From IMG/VR virus record IMGVR_UViG_3300006467_000155: 31,498 nucleotides of DNA; one strand, written 5' to 3'. The notes beneath the pieces were generated by a model. The model worked only from the letters and a program-made list of their open reading frames with translations, did no database searches and was not told the origin of the DNA. Shown here one piece after another: positions 8,478 to 17,796 of the stretch. Within the stretch, counting starts at the first letter, position 1; each line of letters begins with the position of its first letter. Source of the stretch: an uncultured virus (IMG/VR IMGVR_UViG_3300006467_000155). Lineage: Duplodnaviria; Heunggongvirae; Uroviricota; Caudoviricetes. Made by a program: the position numbers and the translations under genes.

Positions 8478-8693
8478 TCAATGGAGAGCCGCCGGCTCAA
8501 CTTCTTCAAGCTGGCCGGGGGACACGCGATACACGTTGTTGTTGTGCAGGGCACGAACCTTAACAACGACAGATTTTCCAATGCCTTGGTAGACAGATTG
8601 GAAGCCCATGACTTCAACCTTGGTTCCAGCGTGGCTACACACTTTACCGAGGGTCAGGTCTGTTTTTGCAACTTGCTTCTCCATGATCTCCAC
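8478..8693 (-). CDS. Small hypothetical protein
   Basis: First ORF after promoter 8721-8749; AAGGAG RBS; start could be ATG a few codons in. Confidence 0.6.
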   Translation of the reverse strand: MEIMEKQVAKTDLTLGKVCSHAGTKVEVMGFQSVYQGIGKSVVVKVRALHNNNVYRVSPGQLEEVEPAALH

Positions 8694-8720
8694 TCCTTTG
8701 TGGTGTTAATTGACACTTTC

Positions 8721-8749
8721 AGTATCATCTATGTACTTGGGTTTGTCAA
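8721..8749 (-). promoter_or_regulatory. sigma70-type promoter TTGACA-N17-GATACT
   Basis: -35 at 8744-8749, -10 at 8721-8726. Confidence 0.85.
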
Positions 8750-8756
8750 AGGTATT

Positions 8757-8770
8757 TGACATTAATGTCA
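8757..8770. promoter_or_regulatory. 14-bp palindrome TGACATTAATGTCA (18 bp here, 8755-8772)
   Basis: Exact copy, 7 bp upstream of the -35; overlaps the upstream stop codon. Confidence 0.8.
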
Positions 8771-9214
8771 AATGATTTTCAGCAGAATCTCGTCTGCTTC
8801 TCGCCTTTCTTCCTTGGTCATTTTCTTCTCTAACCACCGCATACGGTAACCACGGTCATCAGTGACCACCCATTCCACTTCCTCCATAACAGGGGGCTCA
8901 CACTGGCTGGCCGGCTCTGCAGGTACATGGTAGGTGAGCACCAGCAAGCATGGGATGCCTTGGATTCGGAAGTGGTCGTAGGTGTGGTCTTCCGGGTGGT
9001 ATCTCTCGGGTGGGGTGTACTTCTGGCCACGGGCTTCATAGGCCACGGCTTTCAGGTGCCTCTTGGCTGCAGCCATGACTTTGGACACTTTCGAGAAAGT
9101 CATATCTGAGTCTGGCTTACGGGCCTGCCCAAACTTTCTACGAGCAATCCAATAGAGATACCGGGCCCGGTTTACATCTGAGTATGGGTCACTGCTGAAT
9201 TTCAATTCTTTCAT
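8768..9214 (-). CDS. Hypothetical phage protein
   Basis: ORF track 8768..9301; AAGGAGGG RBS favours ATG 9214; C-terminal IQGIPC...EWVVTDDRGYRMRWLEKKMT. Confidence 0.7.
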   Translation of the reverse strand: MKELKFSSDPYSDVNRARYLYWIARRKFGQARKPDSDMTFSKVSKVMAAAKRHLKAVAYEARGQKYTPPERYHPEDHTYDHFRIQGIPCLLVLTYHVPAEPASQCEPPVMEEVEWVVTDDRGYRMRWLEKKMTKEERREADEILLKII

Positions 9215-9240
9215 GTTTCTCCCTCCTTGTGGTGCTGAGC

Positions 9241-9474
9241 TTACCAGCCCAGTGCACCTTCTACATACATTGCGAATGCTTGGTTCTCGTTGTCCGCCCA
9301 CATATCTTCAAGGGTGGTCTTGCCGTTGAGTAGGTCGTCTTCCGCGTTTTCAATGGCCAACATAGCAGTATTGATTTCCTCGGCAGAGAGCTTGTTGATC
9401 CGGTCAGCCGGGAGGCCAAGGTTGATCAGGTATTGGGCGTCTTCTTCGATCCGGGTGGCTACTGAGTTGGTCAT
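9241..9474 (-). CDS. Small acidic hypothetical protein
   Basis: Start moved to ATG 9474, downstream of promoter 9511-9539; AGGGG RBS. Confidence 0.65.
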   Translation of the reverse strand: MTNSVATRIEEDAQYLINLGLPADRINKLSAEEINTAMLAIENAEDDLLNGKTTLEDMWADNENQAFAMYVEGALGW

Positions 9475-9510
9475 TTGGTTTCCCCTGTGGGTATGTGTTT
9501 CTGTACTTTC

Positions 9511-9539
9511 AGTATCGTATACCCCGTATGGTTTGTCAA
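9511..9539 (-). promoter_or_regulatory. sigma70-type promoter TTGACA-N17-GATACT
   Basis: -35 at 9534-9539, -10 at 9511-9516; no adjacent palindrome. Confidence 0.85.
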
Positions 9540-9541
9540 AT

Positions 9542-9575
9542 AAAAGAACAAAGAAAAGGGGCCCCGAAAGGCCCC
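9542..9575 (-). terminator. Rho-independent terminator
   Basis: GGGGCC-TTTCGG-GGCCCC followed by TTTTCTTTGTTCTTTT on the minus strand. Confidence 0.85.
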
Positions 9576-9612
9576 GTCCCACAAGTTCGCTACCGTCATT
9601 GCCGGTTGCGTT

Positions 9613-10401
9613 TTACTCAGGCATTTCCACGGAAAGTTCCACGTCAGGCCAGAGTTCTTCAAAGATGGCCAGTGTACCTTCTACATCCGCCTCGGCCATC
9701 AAGTCTTTCAGCGATTTCTGTGGCTCGGACTTCTTGCTCTTGCCCAGACCGCCTTCCAGATATTGCATACAGATGTATTCAAGGGCCACCGCGTCATACT
9801 CGGTGTTGTTGTCACCCTGAGCCTTGTCCAGCGCAGTACGGATGGTTTCACGCTGGTCCTCGTGCAACTTGAAGGTCATGGTGCTGACCTTGGTCGCTTC
9901 GGTTTCTTCTTCATCACCTTCCTCGGCAGAGCCACCGCCAGCCTTATGGGCTTTGATGTATTCCTGCAGTTCGAGGGTGGTCATGGTTTCGGCGCGTTGG
10001 ACCCACTCGTCCACATTGTCCTCGGTAAGCAGGGGAGCAATGTCTTTCAGCTTGGTCCATCCGATGTTTTTCACCGAATCCCACTTGATGCCGGCATCTA
10101 CCAAGCACTGGTAAATGTTGATCAGGTACATGGCCTTGCGGTAAGGCATGTCGATACGTTGTTCGATGAATTCCTTGAAGTTCTCGTACCCTTCTGATTC
10201 CCACCAGCTATTCTCTTGAATAACGACGAGTACACCGCCCAACTTGAAGTAGTTGAACTCCGCATCGTTCAGCAGGCGATCTGCTTCCGGGAGTGCGGTT
10301 GCTGCGGTCAGGTTTTCGACTTCGTGGACTGTAGCCTCAATCAGGTCTACATCCGCTTTCTTTTTGGTGGTTGCCTTAGTGGCGGTTTTAGTTGCGGACA
10401 T
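9613..10401 (-). CDS. Putative DNA-binding protein (DUF3102-like HTH region, acidic C-terminus)
   Basis: FKLGGVLVVIQ...GYENFKEFIEQRIDMPYRKAMYLINIY...IGWTKL pattern; own promoter and terminator; GGAG RBS favours ATG 10401. Confidence 0.55.
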   Translation of the reverse strand: MSATKTATKATTKKKADVDLIEATVHEVENLTAATALPEADRLLNDAEFNYFKLGGVLVVIQENSWWESEGYENFKEFIEQRIDMPYRKAMYLINIYQCLVDAGIKWDSVKNIGWTKLKDIAPLLTEDNVDEWVQRAETMTTLELQEYIKAHKAGGGSAEEGDEEETEATKVSTMTFKLHEDQRETIRTALDKAQGDNNTEYDAVALEYICMQYLEGGLGKSKKSEPQKSLKDLMAEADVEGTLAIFEELWPDVELSVEMPE

Positions 10402-10443
10402 GGTTATGTCTCCTACCATTGGTGGTTTTTTGGGTACCATTCA

Positions 10444-10472
10444 AGTATCGCCTAGTACCATTAGTTTGTCAA
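10444..10472 (-). promoter_or_regulatory. sigma70-type promoter TTGACA-N17-GATACT
   Basis: -35 at 10467-10472, -10 at 10444-10449. Confidence 0.85.
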
Positions 10473-10480
10473 ATGATTTG

Positions 10481-10494
10481 TGACATTAATGTCA
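10481..10494. promoter_or_regulatory. 14-bp palindrome TGACATTAATGTCA
   Basis: Exact copy, 8 bp upstream of the -35. Confidence 0.8.
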
Positions 10495-10503
10495 AAAACT
10501 GAA

Positions 10504-11052
10504 TCACTTGAATTCTTCTGCCAGAACATGGAACTCTGGCAGTTCCCTTGCGGCATGTACGACCGCAATCGAATCTGCTAAGTGCTCGTTTTTACTCAAC
10601 AATCTTGGCACTCCCTTACTGACTGTCCTGAGCCATGGTGCATCCGGGTAAAGGTCATAGGCCCATGCAACCACCCGCTCTTTCGATACCTTAGCTTCAC
10701 TGGAAACAACCTGCTTCACCTGCTTCGGAGTAACCAGAATCAGGGGTTTGTAAATAATGGACATGAGCCCCACACAAGCCCCCAAAGCCCAACCGGATCG
10801 GGCACTTTGGGTATTGCTCCCGGGAAGCTCCACCGCTACGAAATCTGCCTTCTCCTGCATCCGGTTAATCTCCGCTCTAATCTTCCGGAGTCGGTACAGG
10901 TCATCATGGGATACGTGACGGTAGGACTTTTTTGGGGCCGGCGTTGTCTCCACCAGCACCAAGTCCAGAACTTCAGGGCAGAAGCCTTCCTCACTTTGAA
11001 TCAAGCAAAGGCCTGTGTTGGTCAGCGAAGGATCAATGCCCATTATTTTCAT
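10504..11052 (-). CDS. RuvC-like Holliday junction resolvase (RNase H fold)
   Basis: IMGIDPSLTNTG, VAVE, TPKQVK, SKERV and EHLADSIAV match RuvC motifs; start at ATG 11052. Confidence 0.8.
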   Translation of the reverse strand: MKIMGIDPSLTNTGLCLIQSEEGFCPEVLDLVLVETTPAPKKSYRHVSHDDLYRLRKIRAEINRMQEKADFVAVELPGSNTQSARSGWALGACVGLMSIIYKPLILVTPKQVKQVVSSEAKVSKERVVAWAYDLYPDAPWLRTVSKGVPRLLSKNEHLADSIAVVHAARELPEFHVLAEEFK

Positions 11053-11950
11053 AGTGGTCAGTCCAGAGGCTTTTGGGAGCCGAGAAACACGGTTTCTTGA
11101 CAGGGCACTTGCTGGCTCGGGCACAGTCCGGGGAATCGCAGATACGGTCTGGCGGTGTTCCGGTGTTCTTCCAAGTCAGCCATTGCACTCCCTTGTCTGT
11201 CAGGTGATCTGTCTTTGAGTCGTCGCGCTCAATAATGAATTCTTTGAACGGAGAAAACAACTCCTTTACTCCAAGGTCTTTCAGTTTCGGGTCTTTGGCC
11301 CCAAACCCTTTCACGAGGTAAATTATGATCGCCCTGTCGGTCATGACGTAGTTCTTCAGGTCGCCATCGCTTTCATCCACCAAGCGAAGATAAAGGTTAG
11401 TCCTCAACCGGTGTTCTGACAAGGGGGCGCTCAGTGCTTTCCACTCATCCTCCTTCATGGTCTTGACTTCAATCAAGGTGGCCTTCTTGTACCCGGGCAA
11501 CCGTACCATCAGGTCAATGCCCCCGGACAGGCCCGAGATTGCACTGGTGAACCGGGGCTCCACATACCGGAAGCCCTTGCCCCCAGCATGGCAGTACTTG
11601 CAGGCCACTGGCCGGAATTGCATGTAGTGAGGGGTTCCACAGGAATGACACTCCCAGTCGCCATAGGCAATGGCCCCAGCCCAGTCTTCCCTGAGCATCT
11701 TTTCCAGCGCCCGACCAATACCAAAGGTGTACTGCATACTGGTTCCGATGAACTCAGACTTGTCTTCATTACCGGTAATGTCGATTAGGGCATGGGCCCG
11801 GGGGCAGAACTCCAATTCTTTGGTCACCGCTGAGGCATGGATACGCTTCACGGAGCGGGGCGGGTCAAAGCCCACCATGCTCTCGTGCAGGTATTTCTTC
11901 AGGCTGAACTTGCGGGGCATAGCGGCAGACAGTTTCTTGGCAAATTTCAC
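11033..11950 (-). CDS. Cas4/RecB-like PD-(D/E)xK exonuclease with a zinc-ribbon insert
   Basis: FCPR, CHSC...CKYC insert, GGIDL, IEVKT, YL, C-terminal C...C.....CP....C Fe-S-type cysteines. Confidence 0.75.
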   Translation of the reverse strand: MKFAKKLSAAMPRKFSLKKYLHESMVGFDPPRSVKRIHASAVTKELEFCPRAHALIDITGNEDKSEFIGTSMQYTFGIGRALEKMLREDWAGAIAYGDWECHSCGTPHYMQFRPVACKYCHAGGKGFRYVEPRFTSAISGLSGGIDLMVRLPGYKKATLIEVKTMKEDEWKALSAPLSEHRLRTNLYLRLVDESDGDLKNYVMTDRAIIIYLVKGFGAKDPKLKDLGVKELFSPFKEFIIERDDSKTDHLTDKGVQWLTWKNTGTPPDRICDSPDCARASKCPVKKPCFSAPKSLWTDHYENNGH

Positions 11951-12321
11951 AGGTCTTCTCCCGGCAATAGTTCACGGAGCAGCCACAGGGGGACCACTGC
12001 CCAATCCCCATCTTTCTTGGCCCTACCGTCTCCGTTGGTGAAGCTGGCAATCAGCACCGGTTGTCTGTTGGTCTCCCGGGCTTCTGCAGCTATCTTGCAG
12101 AGCCAGTCGTGCTTCAGGCTCATGGAGGCATTGATAGTGGCCTTGGATTCGATTCTCAAGTTGTAGTTCTCGTCCACGTCCCACGTACCGTCCGACTTAC
12201 AGCCTTTCAGGGCTCCGCTGGCGGGGGTCAAACGACCACCCACCTTGGACACGACTCGTTTCTCGGATTGCGTACCGTGGCTATCAGAGGTCGCCAGATA
12301 CGGGTTCTTTTTCCACACCAT
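11947..12321 (-). CDS. PD-(D/E)xK endonuclease / archaeal-type resolvase-like protein
   Basis: SEKRV...TPASGA...KSDG...IESKAT; GGAGG RBS favours ATG 12321. Confidence 0.7.
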   Translation of the reverse strand: MVWKKNPYLATSDSHGTQSEKRVVSKVGGRLTPASGALKGCKSDGTWDVDENYNLRIESKATINASMSLKHDWLCKIAAEARETNRQPVLIASFTNGDGRAKKDGDWAVVPLWLLRELLPGEDL

Positions 12322-13354
12322 GAATATCCTCCGGGCCACCGTGAACATCAATGAGCTTCTGGTTGATCACCATCTGCTTCAGGTCATAGAGCAGAGCCGG
12401 GTTGGATTCCACATCGGCTTTCATGTCCTTGAGGGTCTTGTAGTCCTTCCCATTCAACTGCCACGTCTTGCCTTCATTGGTCAGGAAGCCCATGTCCCTC
12501 AGGTAGTTCGATAGGGTCACCCATTCATTGGTGTCTCCCGGCTTCATGCCGTTATGTGGAATCATCACCATATTGTACTCGCAGTTCACCGAGACAATGG
12601 GAGCCTTCCACTTGTTGATCACCACCTTGGTTTCCTTGATCGCCGGCAGAGCATCCGAGACCTTCTTGTCAATCACGTTCTTACCGTAGACCCGAACCGT
12701 CAGGCTGGATGCGTGGTCAAGGGCATGGCCCCCGGGCATGGATTCAGGATTGCCGAACATCACCCCTATCTTGGTTCTGATCTGGTTGATCAACAGCACC
12801 GTTGGGTACCGTTCTTCCTTTTGGGCCTGAGTCATTCCGACAATGGCCTTACGCATCATGGAGCCTATCAGCAGCGAGTTGCCCCCAACCTGTTGCCTGT
12901 CAGCACTGGACTCCGCTTCCTTCATGGGAGTCAGAGCAGCCACAGAGTCCACCACGATCAGACCGGCATCCTCGGCCTGCAGTACCGCAGAGAACATGTC
13001 TATCGCTTCCTCAGCAAAGTTGGGGAGCATGTAGACCAGTTCATCCACGTTCACCCCGAGTGCCTTGGCCCACTTGGAATCAAAGGACTTTTCCACATCC
13101 AGAAACACGCACTTCATTTCCGGATAGAGCTTCTGGTACTGGGCAATAGCTTTCAGGCAGAGGTTGGTCTTGCCTGAGCTTTTCGGCCCGTACACCACGG
13201 AGATACGCCCTTCCGGGAATCCCCCACCGCTGGCCAGATCAAAGGCAAAGGTGTCGGTAGGTATTCGGGCCGTGTCGTGTTGGACAACGCCAATACTGGC
13301 CGTGCCCTCCCCATGGGCCTTGGTCATGTTCTTTACTACAGAGTCCAGCTTCAT
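12284..13354 (-). CDS. recA: Phage RecA/UvsX-like recombinase
   Basis: GGFPEGRI, Walker A GPKSSGKT, LIVVDSVAAL, INQIRTKIGVMFGNPESMPGGHAL. Confidence 0.95.
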   Translation of the reverse strand: MKLDSVVKNMTKAHGEGTASIGVVQHDTARIPTDTFAFDLASGGGFPEGRISVVYGPKSSGKTNLCLKAIAQYQKLYPEMKCVFLDVEKSFDSKWAKALGVNVDELVYMLPNFAEEAIDMFSAVLQAEDAGLIVVDSVAALTPMKEAESSADRQQVGGNSLLIGSMMRKAIVGMTQAQKEERYPTVLLINQIRTKIGVMFGNPESMPGGHALDHASSLTVRVYGKNVIDKKVSDALPAIKETKVVINKWKAPIVSVNCEYNMVMIPHNGMKPGDTNEWVTLSNYLRDMGFLTNEGKTWQLNGKDYKTLKDMKADVESNPALLYDLKQMVINQKLIDVHGGPEDIHGVEKEPVSGDL

Positions 13355-13689
13355 TCGTCTTCCCCATCCAGTGAATCGCTGATTTCCGTGAGCTTGTCGT
13401 CTACCCATTTTTGAGCGAACTCAAATGCTGAGTTGACGTATTCCTCGGTTGGCAGTGTGGGCATGGTCAACATTACATCCACCCGGGCACTGTTGTAGTC
13501 CCCAAGGTTCTTTGTGACACCAGCCTTGAAACTCACACTGGCCGTTGGCCCCTCCATCAAGGCCCCGGAGTCCACCATTTCGGTGTAGTTGTTGGTGAGT
13601 GTCTGTCCATTGGACTTCTTCTCAATCTCTACTGAAGCCTCGGCTTTCTTGGCTGAGTAGCTTCCCCCTTTCTTTATCTTGACCGCCAT
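13351..13689 (-). CDS. Hypothetical phage protein
   Basis: GVTKNLGDYNSARVDV motif; coupled to recA by ATGA. Confidence 0.7.
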   Translation of the reverse strand: MAVKIKKGGSYSAKKAEASVEIEKKSNGQTLTNNYTEMVDSGALMEGPTASVSFKAGVTKNLGDYNSARVDVMLTMPTLPTEEYVNSAFEFAQKWVDDKLTEISDSLDGEDE

Positions 13690-14154
13690 TTAGTTTCTCC
13701 ACTTCTCTTTCAGAACATTCGAGCAGTTCATGTAGGCGTGATACTGAAGCATCTTGGAGGGTGCTTTCTCGCCTTCATCAACCATCCATTTCAGCAGGTT
13801 GATCTGATTCTTTGTGTAGTACCGGGTAGTGCCTTCAAACACAGTTTTCGGGATCAGCTTTCTACGCTCCCACGAACGAATGGTGGCGATAGAGCGGCCA
13901 ATCATTTTTGCAGCTTCAGATATGCTGTAGACCCTCACCTTCTTGTCCCCCAGCGTTCTGGTTTGGGGTTCCTTGGGCTTCGGGCTCTCACCTGTCTGAG
14001 TCTTCTGGCGCTGCCGGCGTGAGTTTTCCAAGGCCTTCTCCCGGGCTTCGGGGTCTTTATGGTACTTCTCCCTCCGCTTCCGGTTGAATTCCTCTTTATT
14101 CTTCTCATACCAGCTTTGGAAGGGGGTCTTGTTTTGTGCGCTTTTCTTGCTCAT
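13690..14154 (-). CDS. MerR-type HTH DNA-binding protein
   Basis: YSISEAAKMIGRSIATIRSWERRKLIP...TRYYT; basic N-terminal extension. Confidence 0.8.
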   Translation of the reverse strand: MSKKSAQNKTPFQSWYEKNKEEFNRKRREKYHKDPEAREKALENSRRQRQKTQTGESPKPKEPQTRTLGDKKVRVYSISEAAKMIGRSIATIRSWERRKLIPKTVFEGTTRYYTKNQINLLKWMVDEGEKAPSKMLQYHAYMNCSNVLKEKWRN

Positions 14155-15500
14155 AAGAAGTTCTCCACTGAGATTCGTTGGATTGGAGCCCCCAGCTTTC
14201 CATAGTAGACACGGCGCTTCTGAGCATACTTCCGGAACAGGGTTGGTTTCACATCCTCAATGTCGAGGACAATCGGGGCTTTCTTACCACCCCCTTCTTC
14301 ACCGGTATTGCATTTGCCTTCGTACTCTCGCAATACTCGGCCTACAATCTGTAGCACATCCGAACGCGGTGTGCCCAACACGGCCACATCCCACCAAGGT
14401 GCATCAGTTGCCTCAGACGCCATTTGGTAAGTCGCCAGCACAACGTCTTTCCGCTTGGCCACGTCCCTCTGTTCATCCGTCAAACCACCCACGTAGAAGC
14501 CAATGTTCTTCTGAGGGACACCCCGGCCAACCAGCATATCGTGGATGGTTTGCAGGTGATCCACCCGGGACGAGAAGAACACCGGGTTCCGGCCTTTGTT
14601 CCATGCCGTAGTCATGAAGCCAGCAATGATCCTGTTCCGGTGGCTGTCACGAGAAAGGATACGATCAATGTGCGCCGTTCTACCAGCCTGTACGGCCATC
14701 TTTGGCATTTTTGATTGGTGAGTGAAGGTCATGACTTTGGGAATCAAAGGGTAGGCATCTGAGCGTACTCTGACAGGGCCAATATGGCTCTTGAACAGAA
14801 TATCCTTCCCATCCTTCCGGTTTGGGGAAGCGGATAGCCCAAGCCTCAGTTTGGCAGGGAACATCCAGATTGCTTCTCCAAAGGTTTCCGCCCCCATGCG
14901 GTGAACCTCGTCAATCACCACCAGCCCAAACTCTTTGTAAATCCATGACGGGTAGCGGCCATCCTTGCAAACAGAATGGACCATGGCAATAACGATAGGC
15001 TTGCCAGCCACATCCATCTTGTCTCCCTGAATCAGTCCAATGTCAGACTTCTTCAGCTTCATAACGGTCTGAAACGCCGCCACCCACTGGGATTTAATGT
15101 CGTCTTTGGTAACGATCACCAAGGCTTTCTTGCCAATACGGGCGATAGCTGCCGCCCCCACGATGGTCTTACCAAAACCGGTCGGGCACTCGCAGATATG
15201 GCTTACTCCACTTTTGAGCAAGGCCGTTACTTCATCAACCACTCGGTCCTGTTCCGGACTCCGCGCTTTAAAATGGTCTGTGACATTAATGTCACTGCCG
15301 GACACCCGGCGATCATGCCCACCCTCAATGGTCAGGCCTCGGGGCAGCAGTATGTTGTTGCCTTGCACCTTGTAGAGCTTGATCGGGTCGCCATACTTGG
15401 ACTGGAAGGTATAGCTGTTTCTCAGTTCATCGGAGTAAGGGAATACGCCCCCGGAAGTCATGGCCACCGGGTCGTGCGGGTATACAGCGATTTTTGCCAT
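14151..15500 (-). CDS. Superfamily 2 DNA helicase (DEAH/UvsW-like)
   Basis: CPTGFGKT, DEVH, GLSASP, QIVGRVLR. Confidence 0.92.
   Translation of the reverse strand: MAKIAVYPHDPVAMTSGGVFPYSDELRNSYTFQSKYGDPIKLYKVQGNNILLPRGLTIEGGHDRRVSGSDINVTDHFKARSPEQDRVVDEVTALLKSGVSHICECPTGFGKTIVGAAAIARIGKKALVIVTKDDIKSQWVAAFQTVMKLKKSDIGLIQGDKMDVAGKPIVIAMVHSVCKDGRYPSWIYKEFGLVVIDEVHRMGAETFGEAIWMFPAKLRLGLSASPNRKDGKDILFKSHIGPVRVRSDAYPLIPKVMTFTHQSKMPKMAVQAGRTAHIDRILSRDSHRNRIIAGFMTTAWNKGRNPVFFSSRVDHLQTIHDMLVGRGVPQKNIGFYVGGLTDEQRDVAKRKDVVLATYQMASEATDAPWWDVAVLGTPRSDVLQIVGRVLREYEGKCNTGEEGGGKKAPIVLDIEDVKPTLFRKYAQKRRVYYGKLGAPIQRISVENFL
15281..15294. repeat. Intragenic copy of the palindrome TGACATTAATGTCA (16 bp, 15280-15295)
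   Basis: Exact copy inside the helicase CDS; no adjacent promoter seen. Confidence 0.75.
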
Positions 15501-15506
15501 AGGCTT

Positions 15507-15527
15507 AAAAAGGGGCCCGAAGGCCCC
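15507..15527 (-). terminator. Rho-independent terminator with a cUUCGg loop
   Basis: GGGGCC-TTCG-GGCCCC-TTTTT just after the SSB stop codon. Confidence 0.85.
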
Positions 15528-15533
15528 GTCTCC

Positions 15534-16262
15534 TTACATGTCGGCTTCAGGGTTGGTGTTTTCCGCTTCATCACCCAGCGGGGTTTCGTTGCCAATCATG
15601 GAGTCGGTACCGAAGCCAATTGCCCGAAGCTCATCCGCGTCCTTGTAGATGATTTCTTCTTCATAGTTGGCTGGGCCCCATTCCGTAACATCCGGGTACG
15701 CTTTCTTCAGTTGGGCCAGAGAGCGTTTCTCGGTGAAATCGAACATGTCACCAACACCGGCTGACTTGTCACCGGTACGGCTCACGTCAAAAGTGGCCCC
15801 GGCCAGTCCATCACGCTTGGCTGCAATCTTCTGCAGTTGCTTCATGGTCTGTGTCTTCGCCACGAACAGCTTTCGGATGTTCTTGTAGGTCTTGCCGTTG
15901 TACTCGAACTCAGAGTGGTCAATGACCGTGAACACACCAACCAGCGAGGGGTTATCACCACCTTCACAGATCGGGCAGGGCTCTTGATCCTGAGTGCAGA
16001 CAAACCAGTTCCGCCAGTTACCGTTCATGAACACCTGATGCTCGTGAAACACCATGGCATCCAGTACACCGTCATCGTCAAGGTTACCGTCGAGGAAGGT
16101 CAGTTGGGTTTCCGTGTTCTTTGGCATCCAGTGGCGTCTGAGACGTTTGCTCTGTTCCTGTTGCTGTTCTTTCTTGGCTTCTTCTTTCTCAAAAGCCTTC
16201 TGAGCAGCTTTACCGGTCTTCGCCCATGCAGGCTTGCTACCTTTCTTCATTGTTACAGCCAT
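15534..16262 (-). CDS. Single-stranded DNA-binding protein (gp32-like, zinc-binding)
   Basis: H...FVC......CPIC, FDVSRTGDK, acidic C-terminal tail; own promoter and terminator; replication context. Confidence 0.7.
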   Translation of the reverse strand: MAVTMKKGSKPAWAKTGKAAQKAFEKEEAKKEQQQEQSKRLRRHWMPKNTETQLTFLDGNLDDDGVLDAMVFHEHQVFMNGNWRNWFVCTQDQEPCPICEGGDNPSLVGVFTVIDHSEFEYNGKTYKNIRKLFVAKTQTMKQLQKIAAKRDGLAGATFDVSRTGDKSAGVGDMFDFTEKRSLAQLKKAYPDVTEWGPANYEEEIIYKDADELRAIGFGTDSMIGNETPLGDEAENTNPEADM

Positions 16263-16317
16263 TTCGGCTCTCCTGTCTACTAAGTGACTATGACCACCTT
16301 CTTACGGTGGCAACTAC

Positions 16318-16346
16318 AGTATCATTCGGGATCATTCGTTTGTCAA
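16318..16346 (-). promoter_or_regulatory. sigma70-type promoter TTGACA-N17-GATACT
   Basis: -35 at 16341-16346 (inside the primase 3' end), -10 at 16318-16323. Confidence 0.85.
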
Positions 16347-17291
16347 ATGTTTATCAAGCATCTCCTGTACTTGGTCTTCGGTCATTCCCCCGAAATCACC
16401 GGGGTTCTCATTGGGGATCATGTGGATGACCAACTTGTCCGGAAACCGTTGTTCAATGGTCGCCCGGGCTTTGTCTCCACCAGTCCCAAAATCATAGGCG
16501 GTGTAAATGCAGAAGGCCGGCTCAAGGCGTTTCAGCTTGTTCTCACCAAGGGCGGAGGTCAGGGAGGCCAGTACATTCCCGGAGCGCCGACGAATGCTGG
16601 CGTAGTCAACCGGGCCTTCCGTAAGGATGATGGGCTCATCAAAGTTGACAAGGTGCTCCCCCATCCAGATTTGCCGGTTCTGCCGGCCCTCGTACAGGTA
16701 GGACAGGTATCTCAAGTCAGATTGACCGGTTACGTCCCGGCCCTGCATACCAGCACACCGGCCTTCAAAGTCCCAATACGGGAAGCAGATTCGTTGCTTC
16801 TGGAAATCGAAGCGGACCCCCATTTCTTTGGCCAAGGCCTCGGGAATGCCCCGCTCCTTGAGATAGGGGTGGTTCGGCATCTTCGGAAACGACTCAAGCC
16901 AGAACTTCGGGAACTCATAGAAGGTATCTGCTTGGCCTGTACTGGCTTCCTCGTAACTGAGGTCTTCCATGTCAAAGTCTGAATCTTCATCCTGCAGTGC
17001 AAGGGCTATGGCTGCCCCAAAGTCCCGGCCATGATCGACCCCTTCTTCCCGGTCGAACTTCCGCAATCGCAGGACCATTTCATAGAGGTTGTGGCTTTCC
17101 CCACAGGTGAAGCAACTGCAGCGACTTTCAGAGGTGGGGTGGATGGACAGGCCAAAGGAGGGGTTCGAGTCTTTTCCCTTGGCGTGAGTATACGGCGCGA
17201 ACAGGCAGGAACAGGTCACCCAATCCCCAACTGTCCGCACCTTCTCAGCCCCCAGCAGATGCAGTAATTCTTTCAGTCTGGTGGCATCCAT
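16332..17291 (-). CDS. DNA primase (zinc finger + TOPRIM)
   Basis: C....H...DSNPSF...CFTCG, YLKERGI, RICFP...GR, LTEGPVD, YDFGTGG, PGDFG. Confidence 0.9.
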   Translation of the reverse strand: MDATRLKELLHLLGAEKVRTVGDWVTCSCLFAPYTHAKGKDSNPSFGLSIHPTSESRCSCFTCGESHNLYEMVLRLRKFDREEGVDHGRDFGAAIALALQDEDSDFDMEDLSYEEASTGQADTFYEFPKFWLESFPKMPNHPYLKERGIPEALAKEMGVRFDFQKQRICFPYWDFEGRCAGMQGRDVTGQSDLRYLSYLYEGRQNRQIWMGEHLVNFDEPIILTEGPVDYASIRRRSGNVLASLTSALGENKLKRLEPAFCIYTAYDFGTGGDKARATIEQRFPDKLVIHMIPNENPGDFGGMTEDQVQEMLDKHLTNE

Positions 17292-17294
17292 GGA

Positions 17295-17768
17295 TTACCC
17301 CCACTTCACGGTGCGGGTGCCGCTGTATTCCTTCTTGATACCTTTTTCCAGTTCTTGAGGGGTGAGGTACTTGTCCAAGTCTCCCAGCTTAAACTCGGCC
17401 AACTGGAAGGCCAGACCGTCTTCAATCTTGTCCAGCGACTCGATAATGAATTCCTTGTCCACGATGGTACGAGACTGGGATTCCTTGCCAATCTCGGCAC
17501 TGCCCTTTTCAGCAATGACCGTGACACTTTCGGCAGGGTCTTCATTGACGTAGACCTTGGCCAGCCCCAGCAGGTCTTTCTTGGCTTCATCAACCTTGGG
17601 CTTCAGCTTTTTCAGCTCAGCATCAAGCTCTTTGATCCGTTTCAGGGTGGGAGCAATGTCATCGACAATATCCCGCATGTCTTGCATGAGGGCTTCTTGC
17701 ATGGATTCAGAGTTTTCTTCGGTCTTTGCTTTGGCCTTGACTGGCTTCTTCGCAATTTTCACTGCCAT
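17295..17768 (-). CDS. Hypothetical coiled-coil protein
   Basis: ORF with AAGGAG RBS; coiled-coil N-terminal half. Confidence 0.75.
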   Translation of the reverse strand: MAVKIAKKPVKAKAKTEENSESMQEALMQDMRDIVDDIAPTLKRIKELDAELKKLKPKVDEAKKDLLGLAKVYVNEDPAESVTVIAEKGSAEIGKESQSRTIVDKEFIIESLDKIEDGLAFQLAEFKLGDLDKYLTPQELEKGIKKEYSGTRTVKWG

Positions 17769-17796
17769 GGTTTTCTCCTTACGGGTGATCCGGCCA

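Noticed and set aside
11033..11950. CRISPR-Cas system suggested by the Cas4-like nuclease
   Set aside because: No repeat-spacer array or other cas genes; solo Cas4-like nucleases are common in phage replication modules.
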